A stretch of DNA of 59,172 nt, filler included. It is 4 parts of 4 records of this genome, joined end to end, with 100 filler letters (N's around TTAATTAATTAA, not from the genome) between each part and the next. Parts side by side here need not be neighbours in the genome. Positions count along the whole stretch, not along the records: positions 40,678 to 59,172 come from SRR2962707_942; 3 more parts are not named here. One strand, written 5' to 3'. The first letter of the stretch is position 1, and the number at the start of each line of letters is the position of its first letter. Shown here piece by piece: positions 51,353 through 59,172 of the stretch. The notes under the pieces were generated by a model. It made no database searches and was not told where the DNA came from. It saw nothing but the letters and a program-made list of their open reading frames with translations. Made by a program: the position numbers and the translations under genes.

Positions 51353-52290
51353 ACCGGGAATCTCTCGCGGTAGGTCATCAATACTTCGGCAACCAGCGAA
51401 ATCGCGATTTCCGGTGGATTGCGCGAGCCCATGGAAATACCGAGCGGCCCCTTGATGCGTTTGACGTCTGCCTCGCTGACGCCGTCTTCGAGGAAGCGGC
51501 TGACCCGTTCGGCATGGGTATTCCGGCTGCCGAGTGCGCCGATGTAAAAGGCATCCGAGCGCATGGCGCCCAGCAGAACAGGGCCCTCAAGCTCATGCTC
51601 ATGGAACAGCGTGGCGACGGCGGTCCATGTATCGATCATCTCGGGCTTCAGGGATTTGGCGGACGTTGCTCCGGCGGCTTCACACTGGCGCGCCGTGTCG
51701 TCCTCGGTGGTGATGACGTGGACCTGAATGTCCGACGCCACCGCGATTTCCGCCGTTGCGGCAAGAACCGGGCCTTTGCCGGCGACGATCAGTCTGAGCT
51801 GCGGACGATAAAGTCGATCGAAGCTCTGGCCGTCCAGCGTCAGTTGCAGCCGTGATCCGGTTTCTTCGGCGGCCATCATGCGGCTTTCGCCGGTCGTCAT
51901 GTCACTCACAAGCGAGACCGCCTTGCGGGCTTGCTCCGCAGCGATCAGGTCGTCCAGCAGCGCGTCCGGGAATCCGGTATCGATATAGACATCAATCGCG
52001 CTGCCGCACGGCAATGCGATATCGAAGTAGGGCGAATTGACGCCGTAGCGGATGGTGCGATTCTCACCGGCATCCATGGCGGCCCTGGTCTCTTCGACCA
52101 GCGCCCCTTCGACGCAGCCGCCGGACAGGAAGCCGGTAAAGTCGCCGGCATCCGAGACCGCCATCTGACTACCCGCGGGCCGCGGTCCTGTCGGCTCGAC
52201 GTTATACAGCGTCAGCAGCGCCGCACGTTTACCCTCGGACCGCCACTTTCGCAGGTCGGTCAGAACGTATTCCGAAAATCGTCCGTTCAT
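51349..52290 (-). CDS. xdhC: XdhC/CoxI family Moco insertion chaperone
   Basis: GPRPAGSQM, SGGCVE, LPCGS, YIGALGSR-TH, RIKGPLG, P-EIAIS. Confidence 0.9.
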   Translation of the reverse strand: MNGRFSEYVLTDLRKWRSEGKRAALLTLYNVEPTGPRPAGSQMAVSDAGDFTGFLSGGCVEGALVEETRAAMDAGENRTIRYGVNSPYFDIALPCGSAIDVYIDTGFPDALLDDLIAAEQARKAVSLVSDMTTGESRMMAAEETGSRLQLTLDGQSFDRLYRPQLRLIVAGKGPVLAATAEIAVASDIQVHVITTEDDTARQCEAAGATSAKSLKPEMIDTWTAVATLFHEHELEGPVLLGAMRSDAFYIGALGSRNTHAERVSRFLEDGVSEADVKRIKGPLGISMGSRNPPEIAISLVAEVLMTYRERFPV

Positions 52291-52308
52291 CTTTGTGCCG
52301 AACGGATA

Positions 52309-54660
52309 TCAGTTATTGGACTTTGCATCCTGTATGGCACGCCAGACGCGCTCCGGTGTCAACGGCATGTCGATATGATGCACGCCGAATTCCTTCAGTG
52401 CATCACACACGGCGTTGACCACGGCCGGCGGTGCACCGACGCAACCGGCTTCACCGGCACCCTTGACGCCGAGCAGGTTTTTCTGCGTCGGGGCGTCTTC
52501 GTAATACCCGATGACCATCTTCGGGATGTCGTCGGCACGCGGCAGGGCATAATCCATCAGCGATCCCGTCACGAGCTGCCCGCTTTCGTCATAGACGATG
52601 TTTTCAAGCAGGGCCTGGCCGATGCCCTGGGCGATGCCGCCCATGACCTGACCATCGGCGAGCATCTTGTTGACGATGGTGCCGAAGTCATCGACCACCC
52701 AGTATCCGTCGACCTTGATGCTGCCGGTCTCGGCATCGACTTCGACCTCGCAGGCGTGACCGCCGTTGGGGATCGAGATGACACCGCGTTCAAAAACGCT
52801 GCTGACGTTCATGCAGCCCGGCTCCAGATCGTCCGGCAGGTTTTCCGGATCGTTCTGGGCGTCGATGGCATCGCGGATCGTCATCGTGTGGTTGGTGTCC
52901 GGCACGTGGAAGCGTCCGTCCTCGAACGCAACCTTGTCGGCATCCACATCAAAGCGGTGTGCGGCGATTTTCTTGCCGACCTCGATGATTTCGCGGGACG
53001 TCTGGGTAACGGCACTGCCGCCGACTTCAAGGCCACGCGATCCGCCATGACCGCCGCCGAGCGACGTCGCGTCGGTGTCGGCCTGATGGAAGGAGATATC
53101 CTCGATCGGCAGACCGAGATGCCCGGCCAGCAGCTGTGCAAACACGGTTTCGTGGCCCATGCCGGTGGACGAACTGCCGACCGATAGGTCGACCTTGCCG
53201 TCTTCGCGGAACACGACCTTGGCTTCTTCCTTCGGTCCGCCGCCGGTGCACTCCAGATACATGCAGACGCCGAAGCCGCGCTTCAGGCCCTTGGCTTCGC
53301 TCGCTTCCTTGCGCTTGGCATAACCTTCGCGGTCGGAAAGCTGCAGCGTACGCTCGAAAACTTCCGGGAAGTTGCCGCAGTCGATATCCAGCCCCATCGG
53401 CGATTTCATCGGCAAAGCGGATTCTGGGATCAGGTTCTTGCGGCGCAGTTCAATCGGATCCATGCCCAGCTTGGCAGCGGCGTAATCGATGATCCGGTCC
53501 ATCTGATAGGACCCTTCCGGACGTCCGGCGCCACGGTACGGATCAAGCGGGCAGGTGTTCGTAAACGGTGCGATGGCGGTGTAATAAATCCCGTCAAACT
53601 TGAACGGTCCGCCCTGCGTACGGCTGGAACCGCCGGTCGGCGTGAACGGCCCGACCGTGCCGCAGAAGGCGCCCAGGTTGCCGACGGTTTCGGTCCGAAG
53701 GCCACGGAACGTGCCGTCGTTGTCGAGGGCCAGCTGCACTTTCGATACCTGATCGCGGCCGTGGGTGTCGGACAGGAAGCTCTCGGCGCGGTCGTTGACC
53801 CATTTGACGGGGCGGCCGATCTGTTTCGTCGCATGCAGGATCAGGATCGGTTCCTGATAGACGCCGTTCTTGGCGCCGAATCCGCCGCCGACATCAGGCG
53901 CGATGTGATGCAGGTTTTCCTTGCCGATCTTCAGTACCGTATCGGCCATGGTGTCGCGGTTGGCGTGAATGTTCTGGGACGAGTTCCACAGCGTGTACTT
54001 GCCCGTCGAAGCGTCATAATCGGCAAGCGCGCCGCGCGGCTCGATCGGCGTGGCGGTCACGCGGTTGTTGACCAGTTCGAGCGTGATCACGTGATCGGCG
54101 GCTTCGAAGGCTTTCTTCTGCGCTTCCTCGTCGCCGAGCTCGAAATCAAGGCAGATGTTGTTCGGCGCGATGTCCCAGATTTGCGGTGCACCGTCCTTGA
54201 TCGCGGCGGACTGATGCGCCACAGCCGGCAGGCTGTCGTAATCGACATCGATCAGTTCCAGCGCATCGCGGCAGATGTCGAGGCTTTCGGCGACGACCAG
54301 CGCCACCGGCTGGCCGACATAGCGGACCCGGTCGATGGCGATCGGATGGTGCGGCGGTTCCTTGAGGTCGGAGCCGTCCTTGAACTTGCGGACCCCGGAT
54401 TTGGTCGGGATCGGATCATACCCGGCGGCTTTCCAGTCTTCGCCGGTGACGATCAGCAGAACCCCGTCAAGGGCCTGTGCTTCCGAAACGTCGATGGATT
54501 TGATGTCTGCGTGGGCTTCGGGCGAGCGCAGAACCATGGCGTATGTCTGGTTCTCGAGGTTGATGTCGTCGATGTACTGGCCGTGTCCGGTCAGGAACCG
54601 GAAATCTTCCATTCTGCGCTGGCTTTCGCCGATGCCGTTGCGTGCTACGAAGGTGCTCAT
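52309..54660 (-). CDS. Molybdopterin-binding large subunit, xanthine dehydrogenase/CoxL-like family
   Basis: EDFRFLTGHGQYIDD, DVGGGFGAK, PYRGAGRPE, QGIGQALLE, GSLMDY, GVKGAGEAG, DMPLTPE. Confidence 0.92.
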   Translation of the reverse strand: MSTFVARNGIGESQRRMEDFRFLTGHGQYIDDINLENQTYAMVLRSPEAHADIKSIDVSEAQALDGVLLIVTGEDWKAAGYDPIPTKSGVRKFKDGSDLKEPPHHPIAIDRVRYVGQPVALVVAESLDICRDALELIDVDYDSLPAVAHQSAAIKDGAPQIWDIAPNNICLDFELGDEEAQKKAFEAADHVITLELVNNRVTATPIEPRGALADYDASTGKYTLWNSSQNIHANRDTMADTVLKIGKENLHHIAPDVGGGFGAKNGVYQEPILILHATKQIGRPVKWVNDRAESFLSDTHGRDQVSKVQLALDNDGTFRGLRTETVGNLGAFCGTVGPFTPTGGSSRTQGGPFKFDGIYYTAIAPFTNTCPLDPYRGAGRPEGSYQMDRIIDYAAAKLGMDPIELRRKNLIPESALPMKSPMGLDIDCGNFPEVFERTLQLSDREGYAKRKEASEAKGLKRGFGVCMYLECTGGGPKEEAKVVFREDGKVDLSVGSSSTGMGHETVFAQLLAGHLGLPIEDISFHQADTDATSLGGGHGGSRGLEVGGSAVTQTSREIIEVGKKIAAHRFDVDADKVAFEDGRFHVPDTNHTMTIRDAIDAQNDPENLPDDLEPGCMNVSSVFERGVISIPNGGHACEVEVDAETGSIKVDGYWVVDDFGTIVNKMLADGQVMGGIAQGIGQALLENIVYDESGQLVTGSLMDYALPRADDIPKMVIGYYEDAPTQKNLLGVKGAGEAGCVGAPPAVVNAVCDALKEFGVHHIDMPLTPERVWRAIQDAKSNN

Positions 54661-54676
54661 GTTCTGTCTCTCCCGC

Positions 54677-55474
54677 TCAGCCGTTGGCTTCCGCAACCGC
54701 ACGACGGGCGAGAACGCCGATCAGGTGCGCGCGGTAATCGCCGCTTGCGTGAATATCATTGTTGAGGTCGTCATCGGCGACCATGCCGTCCTTGATGCTG
54801 TCCGGGCTGAAGCTGGCGGTCAGCGCCTGCTCCATTTCCGGCACGCGAAAGACGCAGGGGCCGGCGCCGGTGACGGCGACGCGGACGGTGTTGCCGTTCT
54901 TGGCGACCATGACACCGACCAGCGCGTAACGGGTGGCCGGGTTCGGGAACTTGATGTAGGCCGCGACCTCGGGGATCGGGAAGGATATCTCGGTGATCAA
55001 CTCACCTTCCTTGAGCGAGGTATCGAACATGCCGGTAAAGAAATTGTCGGCGTCGATTTCGCGTTCCGTGGTGATGACGGTGGCGCCCAGACCCAGAACC
55101 GCTGCCGGATAATCCGCTGCCGGATCGTTGTTGGCGATGGAGCCGCCGATGGTACCGCGATTGCGGACATGTGGATCGCCGATCCCGCCGGCCAGCTTGG
55201 CCAGTGCCGGGATCGCGGATTTGACGTCGTCGTCGGCGGCAACGGTGGCGTGGGTGGTCATCGCCTTGATGGAAATGCTGTCGCCCGAAACCTTGATTCC
55301 GCTCAACTCGCCGACCCGGCCCAGTGAGATCAGGTCCGACGGCATGGCCAGCCGTTGCTTGAGCACGGGGATCAGGGTCTGGCCGCCGGCCAGGAACTGC
55401 CCGTCCTCGGCTTCGCCGAGTGCGGTTTTGACATCGTCGATGGACGTCGGTGTTTTTATGCCGAATTCATACAT
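54677..55474 (-). CDS. FAD-binding medium subunit (CoxM-like)
   Basis: LAGGQTLIP, IGDPHVRNRGTIGGS, NDPAAD, DIHASGDYRAHL. Confidence 0.92.
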   Translation of the reverse strand: MYEFGIKTPTSIDDVKTALGEAEDGQFLAGGQTLIPVLKQRLAMPSDLISLGRVGELSGIKVSGDSISIKAMTTHATVAADDDVKSAIPALAKLAGGIGDPHVRNRGTIGGSIANNDPAADYPAAVLGLGATVITTEREIDADNFFTGMFDTSLKEGELITEISFPIPEVAAYIKFPNPATRYALVGVMVAKNGNTVRVAVTGAGPCVFRVPEMEQALTASFSPDSIKDGMVADDDLNNDIHASGDYRAHLIGVLARRAVAEANG

Positions 55475-55478
55475 GTGC

Positions 55479-55946
55479 TTATCCCCGCATCGCTTTCGCG
55501 CCGGTTTTGACGGCCTCGATGATGTTCTGATAGCCGGTGCAGCGGCAGATGTTGCCTTCCAGGCCGTGGCGGATGCCGTCTTCGTCGATGTCCGGATTGT
55601 CCTTCACCATCTGCACGGCGGTCATCACCATGCCGGGGGTGCAGAAACCGCACTGCAGGCCGTGATGTTCGCGGAAGGCGGCCTGCATCGGATGCAGCTC
55701 GTCGCCGTCGGAAAGGCCTTCGATGGTGCCGATGTCGGCGCCGTCGGCTTCCCAGGCGAACGTGGCGCAGCTTTTCACGGTCTTGCCGTTCACCGTTACG
55801 ACGCAGGCGCCGCACTGGCTGGTGTCACAGCCCACATGGGTGCCGGTCAATTTCAACTGTTCACGGATAAACGTGCTGAGCAATGTACGCGCTTCGACCT
55901 CTTTGGTAACTTCAAGACCGTTGACGCGAACCGTAATCGCGGGCAT
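55479..55946 (-). CDS. [2Fe-2S] small subunit (CoxS-like)
   Basis: [34 protein letters not shown]. Confidence 0.93.
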   Translation of the reverse strand: MPAITVRVNGLEVTKEVEARTLLSTFIREQLKLTGTHVGCDTSQCGACVVTVNGKTVKSCATFAWEADGADIGTIEGLSDGDELHPMQAAFREHHGLQCGFCTPGMVMTAVQMVKDNPDIDEDGIRHGLEGNICRCTGYQNIIEAVKTGAKAMRG

Positions 55947-56208
55947 CTGAACCTCCCCCCGGAATATCAATAAAGGGCCTGAACAGGCCCCAAGCGTTCA
56001 AAACTGTCGATATACCTGAATTTCGGCGTTTCCGGCCAGACCGGGTAGCGAAGTCCAGATAATCTCCTTATATAAAAATTGGGGATGACGGCGGGTGTTG
56101 CAAGTCTTTAAACAGAATGCTGCGATACTATCTGTGATTTCGCACCTGAAATCATGTCCATCAGACAAAACCTGCCGGGTCTTTATGCCCGGCAAACTGG
56201 AGTTCCGA

Positions 56209-56841
56209 ATGAAGTTATCCGACGAGAAGCGCATCGAAGCGCCGAGAGACGCAGTCTGGTCCGGGCTGAACAATCCCGAGATTCTGAAACAGTCCATTCC
56301 CGGGTGTGAAAGCCTCGAACAGGTCTCCGATACAGAATTCAATGCCGTGGTTCAGGCCAAGGTCGGCCCGGTGAAGGCGAAATTCAAGGGCAGCGTGACG
56401 TTGAGCGATCTCAACCCGCCCAAAAGCTATCGGATATCCGGCGAAGGCAAGGGCGGCGCGGCCGGGTTCGCCAAGGGCGGCGCGGTCGTCACCCTCAGTG
56501 AAGACGGTGATGCGACGATCCTGAAATATGACGTCGATGCCGATGTCGGCGGCAAACTGGCGCAGATCGGCGGCCGGCTGCTCGAAGGGACGTCGAAAAA
56601 ACTGGCCGGCGAGTTCTTTGACAATTTCGAAGCCGCCCTCAAGGGCGCAGAGGATTCAGATGCGAAATCCGCCGAAACCTCCGAACAGCAGCCTGCACCG
56701 GCACCGGAAGTGAACCCTGCCGATCAGCCGAACACCGAACCGCGCACCGCCGGTGAGAAAAACACCGCCATGTCGAAGATCTGGGTGATCATCGGTGTTG
56801 TGTTCGTGGTCGGCGCGCTGGCGATGACGCTGCTGAAATAA
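56209..56841 (+). CDS. coxG: CoxG family (SRPBCC) protein with C-terminal membrane anchor
   Basis: IPGCE, KVGPVKAKFKG, GEGKGGAAGFAKG, VGGKLAQIGGRL, flexible linker, C-terminal TM helix. Confidence 0.9.
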   Translation: MKLSDEKRIEAPRDAVWSGLNNPEILKQSIPGCESLEQVSDTEFNAVVQAKVGPVKAKFKGSVTLSDLNPPKSYRISGEGKGGAAGFAKGGAVVTLSEDGDATILKYDVDADVGGKLAQIGGRLLEGTSKKLAGEFFDNFEAALKGAEDSDAKSAETSEQQPAPAPEVNPADQPNTEPRTAGEKNTAMSKIWVIIGVVFVVGALAMTLLK

Positions 56842-56877
56842 GCCGAATCGGACCGGACGCATCGAATGGCGGTGGGG

Positions 56878-57345
56878 ATGACGGAAAAGACACTGCTGAT
56901 TGTCGGTCATGTACCTTCACCGAACACCCGGACCCTGCGTGATGCCGTCTGTGCCGGGGCGTCCAGCGATGACATCGACGGTGTAAAGGTTCGTGCGCTG
57001 AGCCCCTTCGACGCCGGTGCGGCGGATGTTCTGGCGGCGGATGCCGTGATCCTCGGGACCACCGAGAATCTTGGTTACATGTCCGGGGCGCTGAAGGATT
57101 TCTTCGACCGCACGTACTATGGCGTGCTCGAGGAAAAGCAGGGGCTGCCGTATGCGCTCTATGTGCGGGCGGGGCTCGATGGCACCGGCACGATCCGCGG
57201 TGTGGAAACGATTGTCACGGGTTTGCGCTGGAAGGCGGTCCGGGCGCCGCTGTTGTTGCATGGCGACTGGCGGGAAGGCTTTGCCGATGAAGCCTTCGAG
57301 CTTGGTCAGCTGGTTGCCGCAGGACTTGAAACGGGGGTCTTTTAA
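56878..57345 (+). CDS. Flavodoxin-like protein
   Basis: PSPNT, LGTTENLGYMSGALKDFFDR, AGLDGTG. Confidence 0.88.
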   Translation: MTEKTLLIVGHVPSPNTRTLRDAVCAGASSDDIDGVKVRALSPFDAGAADVLAADAVILGTTENLGYMSGALKDFFDRTYYGVLEEKQGLPYALYVRAGLDGTGTIRGVETIVTGLRWKAVRAPLLLHGDWREGFADEAFELGQLVAAGLETGVF

Positions 57346-57545
57346 GCTCCCGGTGCAAGATACCCAAGGCAGAACTGATCCAATCCTTCATCCCACAGCC
57401 ACGCCACAGGCCCGACTTCCGCATGGACGATGATCATGACTTCGCCAATACGGTCGACGGCAACCTGAATCAGGTCGAGAAAGGAATCCAACTCGCTTCT
57501 GGAGAGGCAATGAGGAAGGGCAATTGGTACTCTCAATTCTTCCAT
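57342..57545 (-). CDS. Candidate small hypothetical protein (67 aa), possibly leaderless
   Basis: MEELRVPIALPHC...LAPGA*; fills the intergenic gap; stop overlaps the flavodoxin stop (TTAA); TATACT 7 nt before the ATG. Confidence 0.4.
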   Translation of the reverse strand: MEELRVPIALPHCLSRSELDSFLDLIQVAVDRIGEVMIIVHAEVGPVAWLWDEGLDQFCLGYLAPGA

Positions 57546-57585
57546 GAGCAAAAGTATACTATATTTTGTATGACGGGGAAGAATT

Positions 57586-57602
57586 ATGTTGCGCTGCAAC
57601 AT
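57586..57602. promoter_or_regulatory. Palindrome ATGTTGC-GCT-GCAACAT, PhaR-box-like
   Basis: Perfect 7-bp arms with TGC-N3-GCA core in an AT-rich divergent promoter region. Confidence 0.45.
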
Positions 57603-57715
57603 TGAGTGATGGGGCCAATATTCAACAACCTTTAGTGCAGGTATTGAAATGCCCTGAACCATTGGCCAAAGTGTCGGCCACGCAAATTATATCATATCCA
57701 AAAAAGGAGACCCCG

Positions 57716-58564
57716 ATGAGCCGCATCGTTTATGTGAACGGTGAATATTTGCCTGAAGAAGACGCCAAAATTTCCGTGTTCGACCGCGGGTTTCTGTTTG
57801 CCGACGGGGTCTATGAAGTATCTGCGGTGATCAACGGCAAGCTGGTCGACAACAATGCCCACATGGCGCGTCTGTCGCGATCCATGGCCGAACTTAAAAT
57901 GACGCCGCCGGCCAGCACCGACGAGATCGCCGCGATCATGCAGGAAATGGTCAAGCGCAACGACATCGACGAAGGTCTTGTCTATCTGCAGGTGACGCGC
58001 GGCGCGGCGGACCGTGATTTCGCGTTCCCCAAGGATGCCACGCCGTCGCTGGTGATGTTCACGCAGAAAAAGAAACTGCTCGATACGCCGGCCGCGAAAA
58101 CCGGCATGGCGGTTATGACGGTGCCGGATATCCGCTGGAAACGCCGTGACATCAAGACGGTCGGCCTGCTGCCGGCGTCGATGGCGAAACAGGCCGCACT
58201 GGATGCCGGTGTCGGCGATGCCTGGTTCGTCGAAGACGGCTTCGTCAACGAAGGCACCTCCAACAACGCCTTCATCGTCACCGAAAGCGGCAAGATCATC
58301 ACCCGTCATCTGGGCAATGAGATCCTGCATGGGATTACCCGCAAGGCGGTCATGGAACTGGTGAAGCGTGAGAACCTCGAAATCGAGGAACGTCCGTTCA
58401 CCCCGGAGGAAGCCTATGAAGCCCGCGAAGCGTTCGTGACCTCCGCGTCCGCATTCGTCATGCCGGTCATCAAGATCGATGACCATGTGCTGGGCAACGG
58501 TGTCCCGGGGCCGGTCGTTGAAAAACTGCGCCAACTGTATATCGAGATGGCAAAGGAAGGCTGA
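57716..58564 (+). CDS. dat: D-amino-acid transaminase
   Basis: DRGFLFADGVYEV, YLQVTRG-ADRDF, DIRWKRRDIK, EGTSNN, ILHGITR; AAGGAG RBS. Confidence 0.93.
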   Translation: MSRIVYVNGEYLPEEDAKISVFDRGFLFADGVYEVSAVINGKLVDNNAHMARLSRSMAELKMTPPASTDEIAAIMQEMVKRNDIDEGLVYLQVTRGAADRDFAFPKDATPSLVMFTQKKKLLDTPAAKTGMAVMTVPDIRWKRRDIKTVGLLPASMAKQAALDAGVGDAWFVEDGFVNEGTSNNAFIVTESGKIITRHLGNEILHGITRKAVMELVKRENLEIEERPFTPEEAYEAREAFVTSASAFVMPVIKIDDHVLGNGVPGPVVEKLRQLYIEMAKEG

Positions 58565-58567
58565 GGC

Positions 58568-59172
58568 ATGCGCCTTCAGAACAAGACCGCCATCGTCGTC
58601 GGCGCCGGTCAGCAGCCCGGGGAAACCATGGGCAACGGCCGCGCCACGGCGCTGAGATTCGCCCAGGAAGGTGCCCGTGTCCTGTGCGTCGACATCTCGA
58701 AGGAACGCGCCCAGGAAACCGTCGACATCATATCTGCCGAAGGCGGCGAGGCGTCGGCCTATGAAGTCGACGTGACCGACGAGCAGGCCTGCCGGAATGT
58801 CGCCGAAGCGGCCCAGAAGAAGTTCGGCCGCATCGATATCCTGCACAACAACGTCGGCCGTTCCGAGGGAGACCGCAGCACGGTGGAAATGGACTCCGAC
58901 ATGTGGGACACGCTGATGGCGCTGAACATCAAATCGATGTTCCTGATGTGCAAGCACGTGTTGCCGGTGATGCAGGACCAGGGTTCGGGCGCGATCATCA
59001 ATGTCTCGTCCACCTCGTCGATGGCGGCACGCCAGACGGTGACCTACAAAACCTCGAAAGGGGCAGTCAACACCTTCACCCAGCATCTGGCGTGGGAGAA
59101 TGCCCGCTTCGGCATCCGGGCCAATGCGATTCTGCCGGGCCTGATGGACACGCCGATGGCGATTGAACGCCG
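58568..59172 (+). CDS. SDR family oxidoreductase, 3' truncated (missing from the ORF track)
   Basis: Translated by hand: MRLQNKTAIVVGAGQQPGETMGNGRATA...DILHNNVG...IINVSS...YKTSKG (YxxxK)...IRANAILPGLMDTP. Confidence 0.9.
   Translation, partial: MRLQNKTAIVVGAGQQPGETMGNGRATALRFAQEGARVLCVDISKERAQETVDIISAEGGEASAYEVDVTDEQACRNVAEAAQKKFGRIDILHNNVGRSEGDRSTVEMDSDMWDTLMALNIKSMFLMCKHVLPVMQDQGSGAIINVSSTSSMAARQTVTYKTSKGAVNTFTQHLAWENARFGIRANAILPGLMDTPMAIER

Noticed and set aside
52309..55946. Bona fide aerobic CO dehydrogenase (form I)
   Set aside because: Lacks the AYxCSFR Cu-ligand loop, coxMSL order and coxDEF

Overview
This window is not one locus. It is four unrelated contigs joined by artificial 100-nt linkers (44 N + TTAATTAATTAA + 44 N at 12885-12984, 32435-32534, 40578-40677), as in a concatenated metagenome or bin. 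(1) 1-12884, Rhizobiales-type chromosome: C-terminus of a polar-growth RgsE/GPR-like protein, an Mla/Pqi-type MCE lipid transporter (MlaE-MlaF-MlaD-auxiliary lipoprotein), DgcA-like epimerase, Dme-type malic enzyme, DUF2865, MFS transporter, a frameshifted accessory membrane protein and the 3' end of nadE. (2) 12985-32434, Rhodobacteraceae-type aerobic cobalamin cluster: cobO divergent; B12 riboswitch-DUF1636-cobWNGHIJ, antisense cobK, cobLEMBAF; then a second B12 riboswitch ahead of a NikK/M/L/Q/O-type ECF transporter; plus a PcaF/PaaJ thiolase fragment. (3) 32535-40577, a microsatellite-flanked eukaryotic contig with two convergent intron-containing genes, one encoding a ~1586-aa PH-4xPDZ-SAM-coiled-coil scaffold. 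(4) 40678-59172, alphaproteobacterial catabolic region: SsuA/TauA-type ABC transporter with IclR and a shared operator-like palindrome, malate synthase G, OxyR, GlcG, class V aminotransferase, GMC oxidoreductase, a CoxS-M-L-type molybdo-hydroxylase with XdhC/MocA/CoxG, flavodoxin, D-amino-acid transaminase and an SDR. No CRISPR, rRNA, tRNA, transposase or recognisable defence system was seen. Most content is known housekeeping. The best candidates for something new are the eukaryotic multi-PDZ scaffold, the glyoxylate-linked Mo-hydroxylase neighbourhood and several cis-regulatory motifs. All family calls are from motif recognition by eye, not database searches.
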